Below are positions 43,964-54,084 of a stretch of 54,084 bases of DNA, piece after piece. Position numbers and translations under genes: made by a program. The stretch comes from Corallochytrium limacisporum Hawaii. Its lineage: Eukaryota; Protista; Pluriformea. The stretch covers positions 44,609-98,692 of the forward strand of contig PDIP01000084.1 in assembly GCA_002811645.1 (NCBI GenBank), in the 5' to 3' direction. The stretch's first letter is position 1. Every line of letters starts with the position of its first letter. The notes beneath the pieces were generated by a model that ran no database searches, was not told the DNA's origin, and worked only from the letters and a program-made list of their open reading frames with translations.

Positions 43964-46552
43964 TCACGCCCTGGGACTGAGGATGCGCGGGGTCCGGGTC
44001 CTCTGGCGGGGGGTATGGGCCTCCTCTAATGCCATGGAGGTAAACGAAGCGTCATTGGCTCCGCTAGATTGCAAAGTACGATTGAGCACCGTCTGACTAA
44101 GAGAAGTCATGCTCTCGCGAGGATGACGTGAAGTTGACGTGTGTTCTTCCATGTTGGTTGAGGAGCCATGCTCGCGCTCAAAGAGCCACGGAGCACGAGA
44201 GGAGTCACGCTCGTTGGCGAATGCCGTGGTGCTGGGGGAAGAACTGGTGGTAACGTTTGATGATTCCCTATGTACCGGTTGAGTAAGGCGTACACGATTC
44301 ATTGCACGCCTGGACGCTTGCTCCGGCTGTTCAACCTGCTCTATTGGTAGCAGAGGGCCAGAACGGTGCATGATCAGCGGCAGCGTGCGACGGGTTCCAC
44401 GACTTTCCACAGTCATTGAGGCCACGAATGCATCAACCGCGGAGTCAGCCACAGCAATAGCATTGTTAAACTCGTTGGTACCGGTATCTACAGGAATGAG
44501 AGAGAAAATGGATTCAGTTGCGGTCTCCCTTGACTGCACGGCATGTTGCCTAGCCTCCTCAGCCACAATCACGAATGCTGGTGACACCACCTGCTCCTCG
44601 GCGGTGCCGAATTCTCCTTCTTGAGTGCCATTGCGTTGATTTAATGTGACGCGCAGGTCTTGATGCCACTGTAAGGAGCGCACAATGCTTTCGCACAAGC
44701 GAAACAGCAGAGTACGCCCACCTGGGGCAGAGGAGGCGTCCGGGTACGACATATCAGGGAAGTGACGCCTTTGGTCAGTCTGGTTGCCTTGCAGAAGGGC
44801 AGGGTTCCTGCTCGCCACCAAATCACGAATATAAGCACTAGAGCAGGCACTGCTACACACAATGGTGGTCAACATGACATGACTACGTCCTACACGATCA
44901 AGACTGTGCAGGAGTTGTGAGTTCTGAAAGTATGTTTGATGGCACTGCATGCACTTGCGCTGCTGCATATTGAGATGGCGCTGTACTGCTTCAGGAAGGA
45001 GGGTCTGATTTACGGTGGTATTAGCCTCTCTTTCTTCAACCGTGGGCTGCAATTTAGTAATGGATGGCTTGACCCCAAGATGACGCATTTTCTTCCCGAG
45101 CTTACGCAGACGGAGTTTCTTTGGCTTTCTCTTGTTCACAGCCGTGTCCAGGACCGACGTGCTCTTTGCTTTGCTGTCAGCCATGCTTCTGTCTTGCATT
45201 ATCTTTCGTGCACATAACTCTACCAAAGTAGGCACCGTGTTTGTGGTCGGATCCTCGGTGATGAAACTGTGGACATTCTTGCACACACGGCGTGTGTTGT
45301 GGTCGATGGCCACTGTAGTGGACTCTTCAGAAATATCCAATACTCCTGCTATCTCTGCGGCGATCTCTGCATGAACCGTACTATTGTGCCCGAAACTGTC
45401 CATTGTGTTTCTGTGGCTACTCCCGCCGGACATGATCTTGTCTACAATGAGCTGTTCCACATGCAGTGGGTTGTTGGCGTATCTGAATTGCTTGAGGCCG
45501 GAGTGTTCTTTCAGTGCAGTCGGAAGGAGTACAATCTGATTATTGGAGATATCCAAACGACGAAGGTTGATCATGCTTAGTACACACTCCGGCAGACACG
45601 GCAAGCGATTATTTCGCAGGTTCAGGTTGTGCAGAAGTGACAGCTGTCCCATGCTGTCCGGCAACTCAACTAACAAATTTTCACTGAGATCCAGTCTCAT
45701 AAGTGAGTAGGTCTGGCCAATCTCGTTGGGTAAAGAGACCAGACGGTTGTTGTGCAGGGTCAGGCGACGTAGACTCCGCCAACCCTTACAGCATTGCGGA
45801 GGCAGGGTGGCCAGAAGGTTGCCTCCAAGCCCCAACTCCTGAAGTTGAGTGAGCCTACCCATCTCTGCGGGTAACTCCGTAATCCGATTGCTACATATGT
45901 TCAACCATTTTAGTCTTGTCAAATTTCCGATTTCTGGAGGCAAAGTACTAAGCTGGTTGTGACTCAAATCGAGTTTGACCATCTTTGTCAAACAGCACAG
46001 ACTCTTAGGCACTTCGCGCAAGCGGTTCTGGAACAGACCAAGCTTACGTAAGTCAATCAGTCTTGCAAAGGAATCCGGAAGTGTGGAGAGTCGATTGTCA
46101 CCCAGACCTAGACCGCGCAGCTTGCGACATGCACCGATCTTGTCGGGTAGCGTCTGCAAGCGATTGTGAGTCAGATCCATCCATTCCAGGGCTACCATCT
46201 CCGCCAAATCCTCCGGTAAGGACAACAACAAATTGGATCCCAGAGCAAGCCGTTCAAGGTGCTTCAGTCCGGCAAACGCCCCGATTTCGACTTCATCAAT
46301 TCTGTTACCGTTCATCGCTAGCCAGCGTAACATTCTACACTTCCCCAGTTCAACGGGAATTGTTGTAATTTGGTTACTGGCCAAGGTAAGTTCCGTCAGC
46401 TGGCTCCATGACCCGATGGACCGTATGTCGGTGATATCATTCCGTTCCAGCAAAAGGCTGCGAACATGCCTGTTCTTTCCAACTATTGGTACGAGTTCCA
46501 AGCCATTCTCATTCAACTTTAGGAACGTCACCGTACTGAGAATATTTCCCAT
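43964..46552 (-). CDS. Leucine-rich-repeat protein (about 15 LRRs) with a BC-box-like motif and a Cys-rich module (LRRC58/LRRC28-like tail)
   Basis: Tandem LxxLxLxxNxLxxLP repeats, then VPTLVELCARKI, LLPEAVQRHL, CMQC..YF..CSSAC. In-frame TAA just upstream of the ATG. Confidence 0.9.
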   Translation of the reverse strand: MGNILSTVTFLKLNENGLELVPIVGKNRHVRSLLLERNDITDIRSIGSWSQLTELTLASNQITTIPVELGKCRMLRWLAMNGNRIDEVEIGAFAGLKHLERLALGSNLLLSLPEDLAEMVALEWMDLTHNRLQTLPDKIGACRKLRGLGLGDNRLSTLPDSFARLIDLRKLGLFQNRLREVPKSLCCLTKMVKLDLSHNQLSTLPPEIGNLTRLKWLNICSNRITELPAEMGRLTQLQELGLGGNLLATLPPQCCKGWRSLRRLTLHNNRLVSLPNEIGQTYSLMRLDLSENLLVELPDSMGQLSLLHNLNLRNNRLPCLPECVLSMINLRRLDISNNQIVLLPTALKEHSGLKQFRYANNPLHVEQLIVDKIMSGGSSHRNTMDSFGHNSTVHAEIAAEIAGVLDISEESTTVAIDHNTRRVCKNVHSFITEDPTTNTVPTLVELCARKIMQDRSMADSKAKSTSVLDTAVNKRKPKKLRLRKLGKKMRHLGVKPSITKLQPTVEEREANTTVNQTLLPEAVQRHLNMQQRKCMQCHQTYFQNSQLLHSLDRVGRSHVMLTTIVCSSACSSAYIRDLVASRNPALLQGNQTDQRRHFPDMSYPDASSAPGGRTLLFRLCESIVRSLQWHQDLRVTLNQRNGTQEGEFGTAEEQVVSPAFVIVAEEARQHAVQSRETATESIFSLIPVDTGTNEFNNAIAVADSAVDAFVASMTVESRGTRRTLPLIMHRSGPLLPIEQVEQPEQASRRAMNRVRLTQPVHRESSNVTTSSSPSTTAFANERDSSRAPWLFEREHGSSTNMEEHTSTSRHPRESMTSLSQTVLNRTLQSSGANDASFTSMALEEAHTPRQRTRTPRILSPRA

Positions 46553-49500
46553 GACTGCTTACTAAGTTGCCCACTGTAGCTGCGGCACAAGAATTTCTCT
46601 AGCTGATCTCCATATCTCTTGCTAACAGGGCTTTCACTAAAACAAAGGCACGCAATATGTCACACGATGCCTCGGATGAGGTTGTATACATAGATATGCA
46701 CAAGCGAAAGAGATCAGGGAAGTATAAGCCCTTTCATACCTGCTCAAAGGGGACAAACGGATCTGGGATTTCTCTGTGCTGTATTCGACTGAGTGGCTGC
46801 TAGTCCACTTAACAGTGGCACAAGTTACACGAACAAGATTGCTCCACAAAAGAACCACATTGTACAAAGAGGTCACTAAATGTTGGGATTCCATATCAAG
46901 GGGTCGAACCGATGCACTCTTCGTCCTCGGTGGCCAAAAACTATCGCCCTCCCAACCCGACACTCGTGCTCAGTCCACTTGACATAGGTAGTCTCCGTTC
47001 ATACACTCTCCTTGGACATACTCAACGTATAGCATATTATCTCTCCAGTTTCACGATTGGGCAGTCCTACATTCCACCGATTTCCCGTGCTCGCCTGGCA
47101 AGAGTGCCTCAAACTCCCTCTCCCCCCTCCCGGGGGAGGGGGCCACGGGGGATCCGTTCGTCAACCGTCTCTCCGCTCAGGCCTCTCGGCCGTCCCCCCT
47201 CCCCCCCCCAACCCCCCTACCCAATAACGAAAAGGCCATCAAAAACCATACGCAAAGAAAAGATGCAGCAGAGGGGGGAAAAAAAAAGGGGAAGTCGCCT
47301 TGACTACCAATGCACAAAAACGGGAAACAACGAAAAGGAAAATAAAAAAAAATGAGGGACATTTTTATTGCACCGCCCCAGTCCAGTACACGAGAGAACT
47401 TGAAACCACCGGGGAGAGGGAAGCAGTGCAACGCCCAACCATGCTGAAACGAAGGGTGGTCCCGTCGGCCCCCCGGGGGGGGGGTGGGATCGCATAAGAA
47501 CCAGCCGCGGTAGTGGTGTGTGAAGTGGAAACGAAAAACACTCCCACCCACAAAATTCAATAAAAGTGGCAAAGACGGGAAAAAAAAAACCATCCCAAGT
47601 GGGTTTCGGCTTCGCTGTTTGGGCATGTGCGGGGCGCCCACGCGCTCTGCAATGTTTTCGCACTCTCGCATTTCCTTTTTGGATGTCGCACTCACCTTGT
47701 GTGTAGAAGGGCTATCTCTCACAGACCGCTGTCACCGCTCTCTTGCACTCTCTCCTCGCGCTCTCACACTCCCTCAGTGACTGCTGTCACTCTGTCGACC
47801 CAACGGCGGCGTGTCCGCCGGTCGCGCCCCTCAGCCTCGCTGGTCATTATTAAACCAGCAGCCTGCATTCTCCGAGGCCATTGGCGGGCGGTCGTACGAA
47901 AGACCCTCGTAGTGAAAGGTGCCAAGGAGAGCGGCGACACATGGGACATCCCGGAGAAACATGGGAATGAATGGTCTCTTTCATGCTGGTCGGTGGACAG
48001 CCTTGGGACAGTGTCTAGGCCTCCTGACCGGACAAGTCTCAGTAAATAAAAGCTGCGGAAGACAGAACTCTATAGCTGCTGCGTGCGGAAGGATGCAGGC
48101 GGAGCCATACGGACAGTAGCAATTATATTGCATAGTGAAATTGCAGTAGCACCGACCGGCCATGAGCGTTCTGGGAAAACTTTGAGATAACCTAGACCGT
48201 ACGTGTCTTCCACGGAAAGTGGACTTAGGGAAGAAACTAAGAACAGTATGTCATGTACTGAATACGGATACTATCAAGACCTTGTCCGTACTCGGTAGTG
48301 AAGCCGCGGTCCTCAGACTCAGTCTTTCGAGGAAAGAGCAGAATTGTCCGAGAAACAGTGTTTCCGTGTGCATTTCCCAATTTCTCGCATTCCATCTTTT
48401 GTCTCCGTCTTAGTCAGAATCCCACCCACAAATCTGGTTTCAAGGTGCGCGCGGGTGTTAGAGGTGCACACAAAGTTCAGCGGGATCATCGGATCAATCG
48501 ATGCATGAGCACGGCCGCAACATCGGCAGCATAGAATCCGCTGCCGCAGCATGCAAGACGATGGCAGGCTTGACACTGGGTTTACATTGAAACAAGGACT
48601 GGATCACCACACCCCGAAAGGCGCAACCATGCTGGCCAACCGAAGCAGTTGCGTCTGACGCAGTATTATTGGAAGAGTTTCTGAAGAGGTGTCTCTCCTG
48701 CTTCGGTGCTAGATCGAGCACGCATGCGGCCAGGCAGAAGGAATGGGATCCACCGATGGCTCTGAGAATGCGTACCGGACGCAGCGCCACAAATGAACTA
48801 GAACCCCCATGCATAAGAAAGAGATCTTGAGACATAGTTCTCATCGATTTGGTGAACCAGCCACAGCCAACATGTTGAACTGACATGCTTCCAAGGCATG
48901 ACCACCGGCGAAGAGAACGCCAAGCAAGCAGTGCTCTCTCACTATCCGTTTATGCCCCGAGCTCGGGAGGTCTTCCCTGTTTGACTCAAAAACTACGGCA
49001 TCGGATGGGTCCCACTGCCAATATCTCAGGAAGTGGCCGATTATGTTCAGTGTCCTTCTCAAAAGACAAACTGCCACACTTCAAGAAATGAAATGAAACC
49101 AAAGGCATGAGCCACACGGAGCAAGCAGGCCTTCGAAATGTGGCTCAGGGGTTACCCGAAGAATGCAGCAACGCAGAGGCCGATTTGTTTCGTACTCAAA
49201 TACACCGCTTTGTCTCGGTCCGTACGAAATAGCGCTGTCTTGTATTTTGCTTTGTATGCTTCATCGCTTTGGAATGTTCTTCCCGTTCTTAGGAAGACGT
49301 GTTCAGCCTGCAATTGTATACAGCCCCCGCAACTCGGTATCTCGATTGGAACAAAGAAGGACTTGCAACTGAGTGAAGAATAAGTGAATATCGCCAACCA
49401 GTGGATGACACGAACTGATTAGCTGGGATGATTTTCTGAGTTCATACGCTGTACCAGGACAGCGCTGGAGAGATACTGCCAGAGCGGACAGGAACAGAGG

Positions 49501-49936
49501 CATCTCCTGACCCTGACACGATTCCCTGTAGACTCTAGCTCCCCCGCTCACTCTCCATATCTTTTGTCCTGCATGCTCATAGAATATGAGTGTGTGACTC
49601 CCATACCTGTTCACCAGCGAAACCCCAACAGATTTCGACAAAAGTATTCCCGGTGTCGTGTAGGTAAAAGACAGCGTCGGACGATAATTAACTGCCAGGA
49701 AAATGGTCCCTTCTGATGAGTGAATAAAAGGGAATGAGATAGTGTATCTCGGAGGGACCAGAATTTTCCGAGAAGAGCAAATGAGAAACAAAGATACGCT
49801 GACCATTTGTGACGAATGTGCGAAGGAACGGCCGACCAAGGAAAGAAGGAAGCAAGAGAAAAAGTGACAGAGGGAAGGGGGCGCGTACTACGGACGGTGC
49901 GAAAGGGAGCGACAACACACGCGCGAGCGCACATGC

Positions 49937-50106
49937 AGAGAGCGAGAGACACACGAGCGAGCGAGAGAGAGGCAGAGAGAGAGAGAGAAAGAGAGAGACA
50001 CACACACACACGCACGCATAGGCGAGAGAGAGAGAGAGAGGGAGAGAGCGAGCGAGCGAGGGAGAGGCAGGAACCGAAGGGACAGACAGACACAGAGAGG
50101 GAGAGA
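49937..50106 (+). repeat. Compound (GA)n/(GAGC)n/(CA)n low-complexity tract
   Basis: GAGAGAGAGA, GAGCGAGCGAGCGAG and CACACACA runs. Confidence 0.9.
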
Positions 50107-50329
50107 TATATCCACAGGACCAGAGAGATAAAGGGCGCAAGGCGCGGTTAGAGCATATAGTACGTGATAATACGTGCATTCTGTGAGTATGAAGCGTTGC
50201 TGCTCTACTTTTCCCGAAGAGTGCGACACATAAGGGAATGCGGTGTGGTGTCGTATTAATGCGGTTAGAATCCTGAGAACAAATCCTTGCTCCAATTACA
50301 AGGATAGCTAATGGGCAACAGCAACTGCC

Positions 50330-50625
50330 TCACCCACCAAACCCTTTGGGCCCCCGAAATCTGCAGGGTGCACAGACACACCACCACACCAATTGGCATC
50401 CACAGAACATCGTCTGTAGACCACAGCACCCAAAATTTTTGCACCACGTACCAAAACCAGCAGTGCAGGTGATCATACCTTCTACACCGAGCTTAAACAC
50501 GATGACTGGGGGGATGTTGCGGTCGTAGTCACACTTTTGCGTATATCAAAATCAACCTTAAGATCCTCAAGAAGCCCAGGTTGATTTACATTTTGATCAT
50601 GGACCCGTTGATCAAGATGGCGGGG
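50330..50625 (-). pseudogene. Possible frameshifted FKBP-type PPIase relic
   Basis: Across two frameshifts: PGLLEDLKVDFD / YDRNIPPVIVFKLGVEGMI..GLQTMFCG / VHPADFGGPKG, collinear with FKBP G-LEDGK-FDSS-DRN-PF-F-LG..VI-GW--GL-TM--G..IPP---YG--G. Confidence 0.35.
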
Positions 50626-52666
50626 ATGGGCGACAATGGATCGCGGTGTGAAGGGAAACCAAACACAAAAACAAAACAAAAAACTAAAACAACATTGGGC
50701 GCGGTCTTCTGGCTGAGGGACGGTTCGTACTTTTGGTGTTCTGTGCTACAAGAGAATTTGGGTGCCCGAATTTTGAAACCCACACGCCTCGCTCGCAGGA
50801 GCCAAGGAACGCCGTTTTCGGCAAGCATGTCCCAAAGAAAGGAAGAAGGAGTCTATATAAACTGGCGATGGGGGCATCCGTTTGCTAACAACCGACCTTG
50901 CCCCTTCCCTTAGTTTGCGTATCCTAGAGAAGGTAGCGCTATCCCTCATTTAGGCGCGATACAAAACAGCAGAAACGTCTCTTCCCGGTTTTGTTTGATC
51001 CGCTTCCATGAATGCGATATCTCCCAGTCTATCAATTTACTATGGATGTACCCAGCCATGTTTTTTTAGGTTTTGAAACGCATTCCCCAAGGTGCGGGCA
51101 ATGCTCAGCCTCGCCGACCCCCGGAATAGTTTCGTACATTCCGTAGTCAAACCATTAGCCACCAAAGCCAGTCGACGTTTACCTTCAGGCTCGTCGTGCT
51201 CGCTCTGTCTCTCTCTCTCTCCCCCCCCCCGGGCCGGGCTCTTCGTTTTGGTAGCAGTAGGCATTCAGAGCTTTCATGGTGGATGCACTTCGGACCATGT
51301 GCTCTACGAAGGCGTGAGTGCCTACTCAGTTGTCAGCAGGACACCTATCCATTCGTCGTCCGCATGTCTTCTTTTCTCTGGTCACCAATGGCTTCGCGAG
51401 GTTTTTCCTCCCTTCCCAAGAAAACTTTAACGGACGCTAACAGAGGGGGTGGGGTAGTCCACAACACCCCCCCCCCCTTCCCTTGCCCATTAAATGATTC
51501 CGGTGTCCCTCAATCCCTAACAAAACATTATATACATTGTCACAGAAAACATAACACCCAATTCTATAGAACGACAAATGAGGTGCTGCATCATCACCTC
51601 TGATCTGTTTTGGTACTTCCGGTTGGGGACCCACTGGCAACTTTTATGACGTCTAAAAAGCAACATGTGAAACCATTCACGAGCACATCAACGCATCCCA
51701 AAGTAGATGGTGACCCATGTCAAAAAAGACGCAATCCCATCCGGGCCTACCATTTGACATCATTCGTGGCTCGCATGTGGCTACTGGTTCACTGGTGACA
51801 AAATCCCCTCCAATGGCTACATTGGTAAATGCGCGGAACGTTGGCAAAAATATAAGGTATTTGGTACGGGAAAGGAAGGAATTCATTAAGGGATAGGAAG
51901 AAGTCAATCGAAGTCGTTTTATTTTGAAGTTCTTTAGCCCCTTTGCATTTCGTAAAGTTTTAAGAAAGGCAAACTGTAATCACCGGTTCCGATCTCCGGT
52001 TTGCACTTTCTTGTGTTTATTATTGGGTTTAGGCGCGCGACAAAACCAAGAAATTAACGCCAGTTCGCAGCGGTAAGGAAGGGGGAGAGAAGGAAGGAAT
52101 AGGTATTTTCATTGCGTGCTCGCGCTCTGCAGACATCATCAACGGCTAACGTCCCCGGTGTCTTCAAAAAATCATAAGCAGACAAGAGTACGAAGAAAAA
52201 ATATGAGAAGAGGTGCCTACATAGTAATAGATGATCGAGATGAATATTGTCCATCAACCGAAGTACGCCGATAACAGGTGGTAGTAGAAAGGCGTGCCAG
52301 GTGTGTCGGTAAGGTGGTACCTCGGCAGCTGGGTGTGGGCCGGTGGTTGTTGAGGTGTGGAAAGGCGCACGATAACCCTGGCCCAATCCTCTCTCCAGTG
52401 TCCCATTGACAGACCTGACCACCATTCGACCACAATTTCATCGCTTTGGGTCGTTACGACCAGAGGAATGTTGGTGGACACCCTCGACGTGTGTAGGTGT
52501 GTACCCATAAAACAATCCCAAATTATATTACTCGGTGTCTCTGCCACGTATATGCTACGAAGTTTTCTGTTTCTTTTTGCGGCTGGGGTTTTTATTGTTG
52601 TGCCGTTTCAGGACCAAGCATAGGAGCTGAATGTTGTCCACGTATCGTTGCACTTCTGTCTTCTCA

Positions 52667-52772
52667 GTGTGTGTGTGTGTGTCTTTCTGTCTGTCGCGCG
52701 CGCGTGTGTGTGTGTATGTGACTGCCGTGGGTGTGTGTTGTGTGTGTGTGTGCGTGCGTGTGCGTGCGTGCG
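52667..52772 (+). repeat. Compound (TG)n/(TGCG)n/(CG)n alternating purine-pyrimidine tract
   Basis: GTGTGTGTGT, CGCGCGCGCG and TGCGTGCGTG runs. Confidence 0.9.
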
Positions 52773-54084
52773 TAGTGGTTACTCCCACCTTTAAATTCCT
52801 TTTTCGATCATCGACCGTTCTGCAACCCCTCCTCCTCTCCACAGGCCTTATTCTACTTCTATGTTTCTTTCGCCTCCCCCCAGCCACTATTATACCGAAG
52901 ACTTTTGCAGAATGCGGTTTATATTGTTTTACTATGATAGCCAAGGTACTATTGATGACCAACAACTCAGACGGAATGCGAGGCGATCGGCAGCCATAAA
53001 CAGTATCTGGTGAGCCACTGGCTGCTGTTAGAGTGTATCCTGTGACCTGACTAAACATCCTGAGTGGCTCTGTTACCCTGTGCAAAACGATTCACGACGG
53101 GGGCACGAAATGAACATCGTCTAGTTCTACACCAAGCTGGGTGCAAGAGCTGTGGATGCATCATCGTCACCAATCACTATCAACTATCGATAACTAGCAC
53201 ATATCGATGGAACTCAAACCAGAAACGACGCTCGTGAAATCGAAGTCGTTGGCAGGACTAAAATGGATGTCTCTGTTCAGGTTGGGCTATCGAAATCTTA
53301 TCCGCTCGCATGCACAGAACACACATCGATCAATGGGTGCTCCAAAACGAGAGGTACCTAGCCAGTGGATGGCCCAACTGCATGTCGAAGTCTCCCATCC
53401 TCACCAGGAACGGGCAAGACTTCGATTCGGCAACCGCGGGCGCCGCCCATCGGCGCGCTGCTTTTCACCAATGTCATGACAGCCAGTCCATCTCCAGTTA
53501 TTTTTTTCCTTGCTGCTTGGACTCTCCTTAATGTCCCACACGGGCATGTGCGGAGAATGGAGAATAAAAAATCGCCGCCCGAACAAGGAAGCGGGCTTTT
53601 CATTTGCTCCACGGACATAGAGATAATTGAATGGAAGCCTTGACATCATGGTTGTTCACGACGTTGCTATTGCACAGTAAAATCTCACTGTGATGTGGCA
53701 GGTGTGTGACTTCTAAAACTTGGACATTCGATTTCGAAGAGTTTGGTTTGCTGGCGCAGCGGCGTTTCTCCACCTGCTGCTGCTGCTGTTATTTCGCTAC
53801 CTATTCCATATGGGCACACTGGAAATGGCAGAGCGCGAGCGCACAGGAAGCGGGCTATTCACTTCGTGGTATCTGCAAGTTTTTAAGCCTGCAAGTTCCC
53901 AGACATGTGCTGTTGGTTGAACTTCCAGTGCTATACAATTGCTACTGGAATCCTCGACGTGATGCGGCAGACGTGCAACTTCTAAAGATTCGGAGATACA
54001 GTTTCAACAAAAAGCGTGGCCTTGAAGCCCCCTCCCGCGGGGGGGGGGGGGGGGGCGACGGCGAGGCCTTCGGGGGGGAATTGG

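Noticed and set aside
48462-49091. Plus-strand frame of about 210 codons with only TGA stops
   Set aside because: Same reasoning; no family similarity, and the nearby ATGA..AA..GA does not fold as a SECIS.
1-54084. Transposons, endogenous virus genes, CRISPR arrays, inteins, telomeric repeats, rRNA/snRNA
   Set aside because: No transposase, RT, integrase or capsid motifs, TIRs/LTRs, spaced repeats or U1/U2/U5/U6/5S signatures were seen by eye; RRM1 has normal length.

Overview
Eukaryotic nuclear DNA, gene-dense and nearly intron-free, with two N gaps. Fourteen protein-coding genes are recognisable: a DUF389 membrane protein, FBXO9/Hrt3, purple acid phosphatase (ACP7-type), a 61-aa PAIP2-like microprotein, NUFIP1/Rsa1 with a CCCH finger, a PX-BAR sorting nexin, REV1, a VAT-1-like quinone oxidoreductase, a MARK/Kin1 kinase, FPGS, STEEP1/CXorf56, RRM1, an EVI5-like Rab-GAP, and an LRR protein with a BC-box/Cys tail. 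Animal-like gene content (PAIP2, STEEP1, FBXO9) with almost no introns suggests a unicellular holozoan such as Corallochytrium; this is inference only. No mobile element, CRISPR array, tRNA or rRNA could be supported, and I did not find a single self-contained novel multi-gene system. The most notable observations: (1) a minimal PAIP2 homolog in an apparently non-animal genome, short enough for annotation to miss; (2) signs of a post-transcriptional control layer (tandem PUF sites, uORFs before REV1, NUFIP1, SNX and the kinase, dual-start FPGS, introns only near 5' ends); (3) 5' intergenic regions carry poly-G/poly-C (G4-like) tracts while the very short convergent gaps do not; (4) clustered E2F sites upstream of RRM1; (5) possible decayed gene relics (FKBP-like, NTP-transferase-like) in two long gene-free regions. 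Homolog sequences quoted are recalled from memory; no database search was run.
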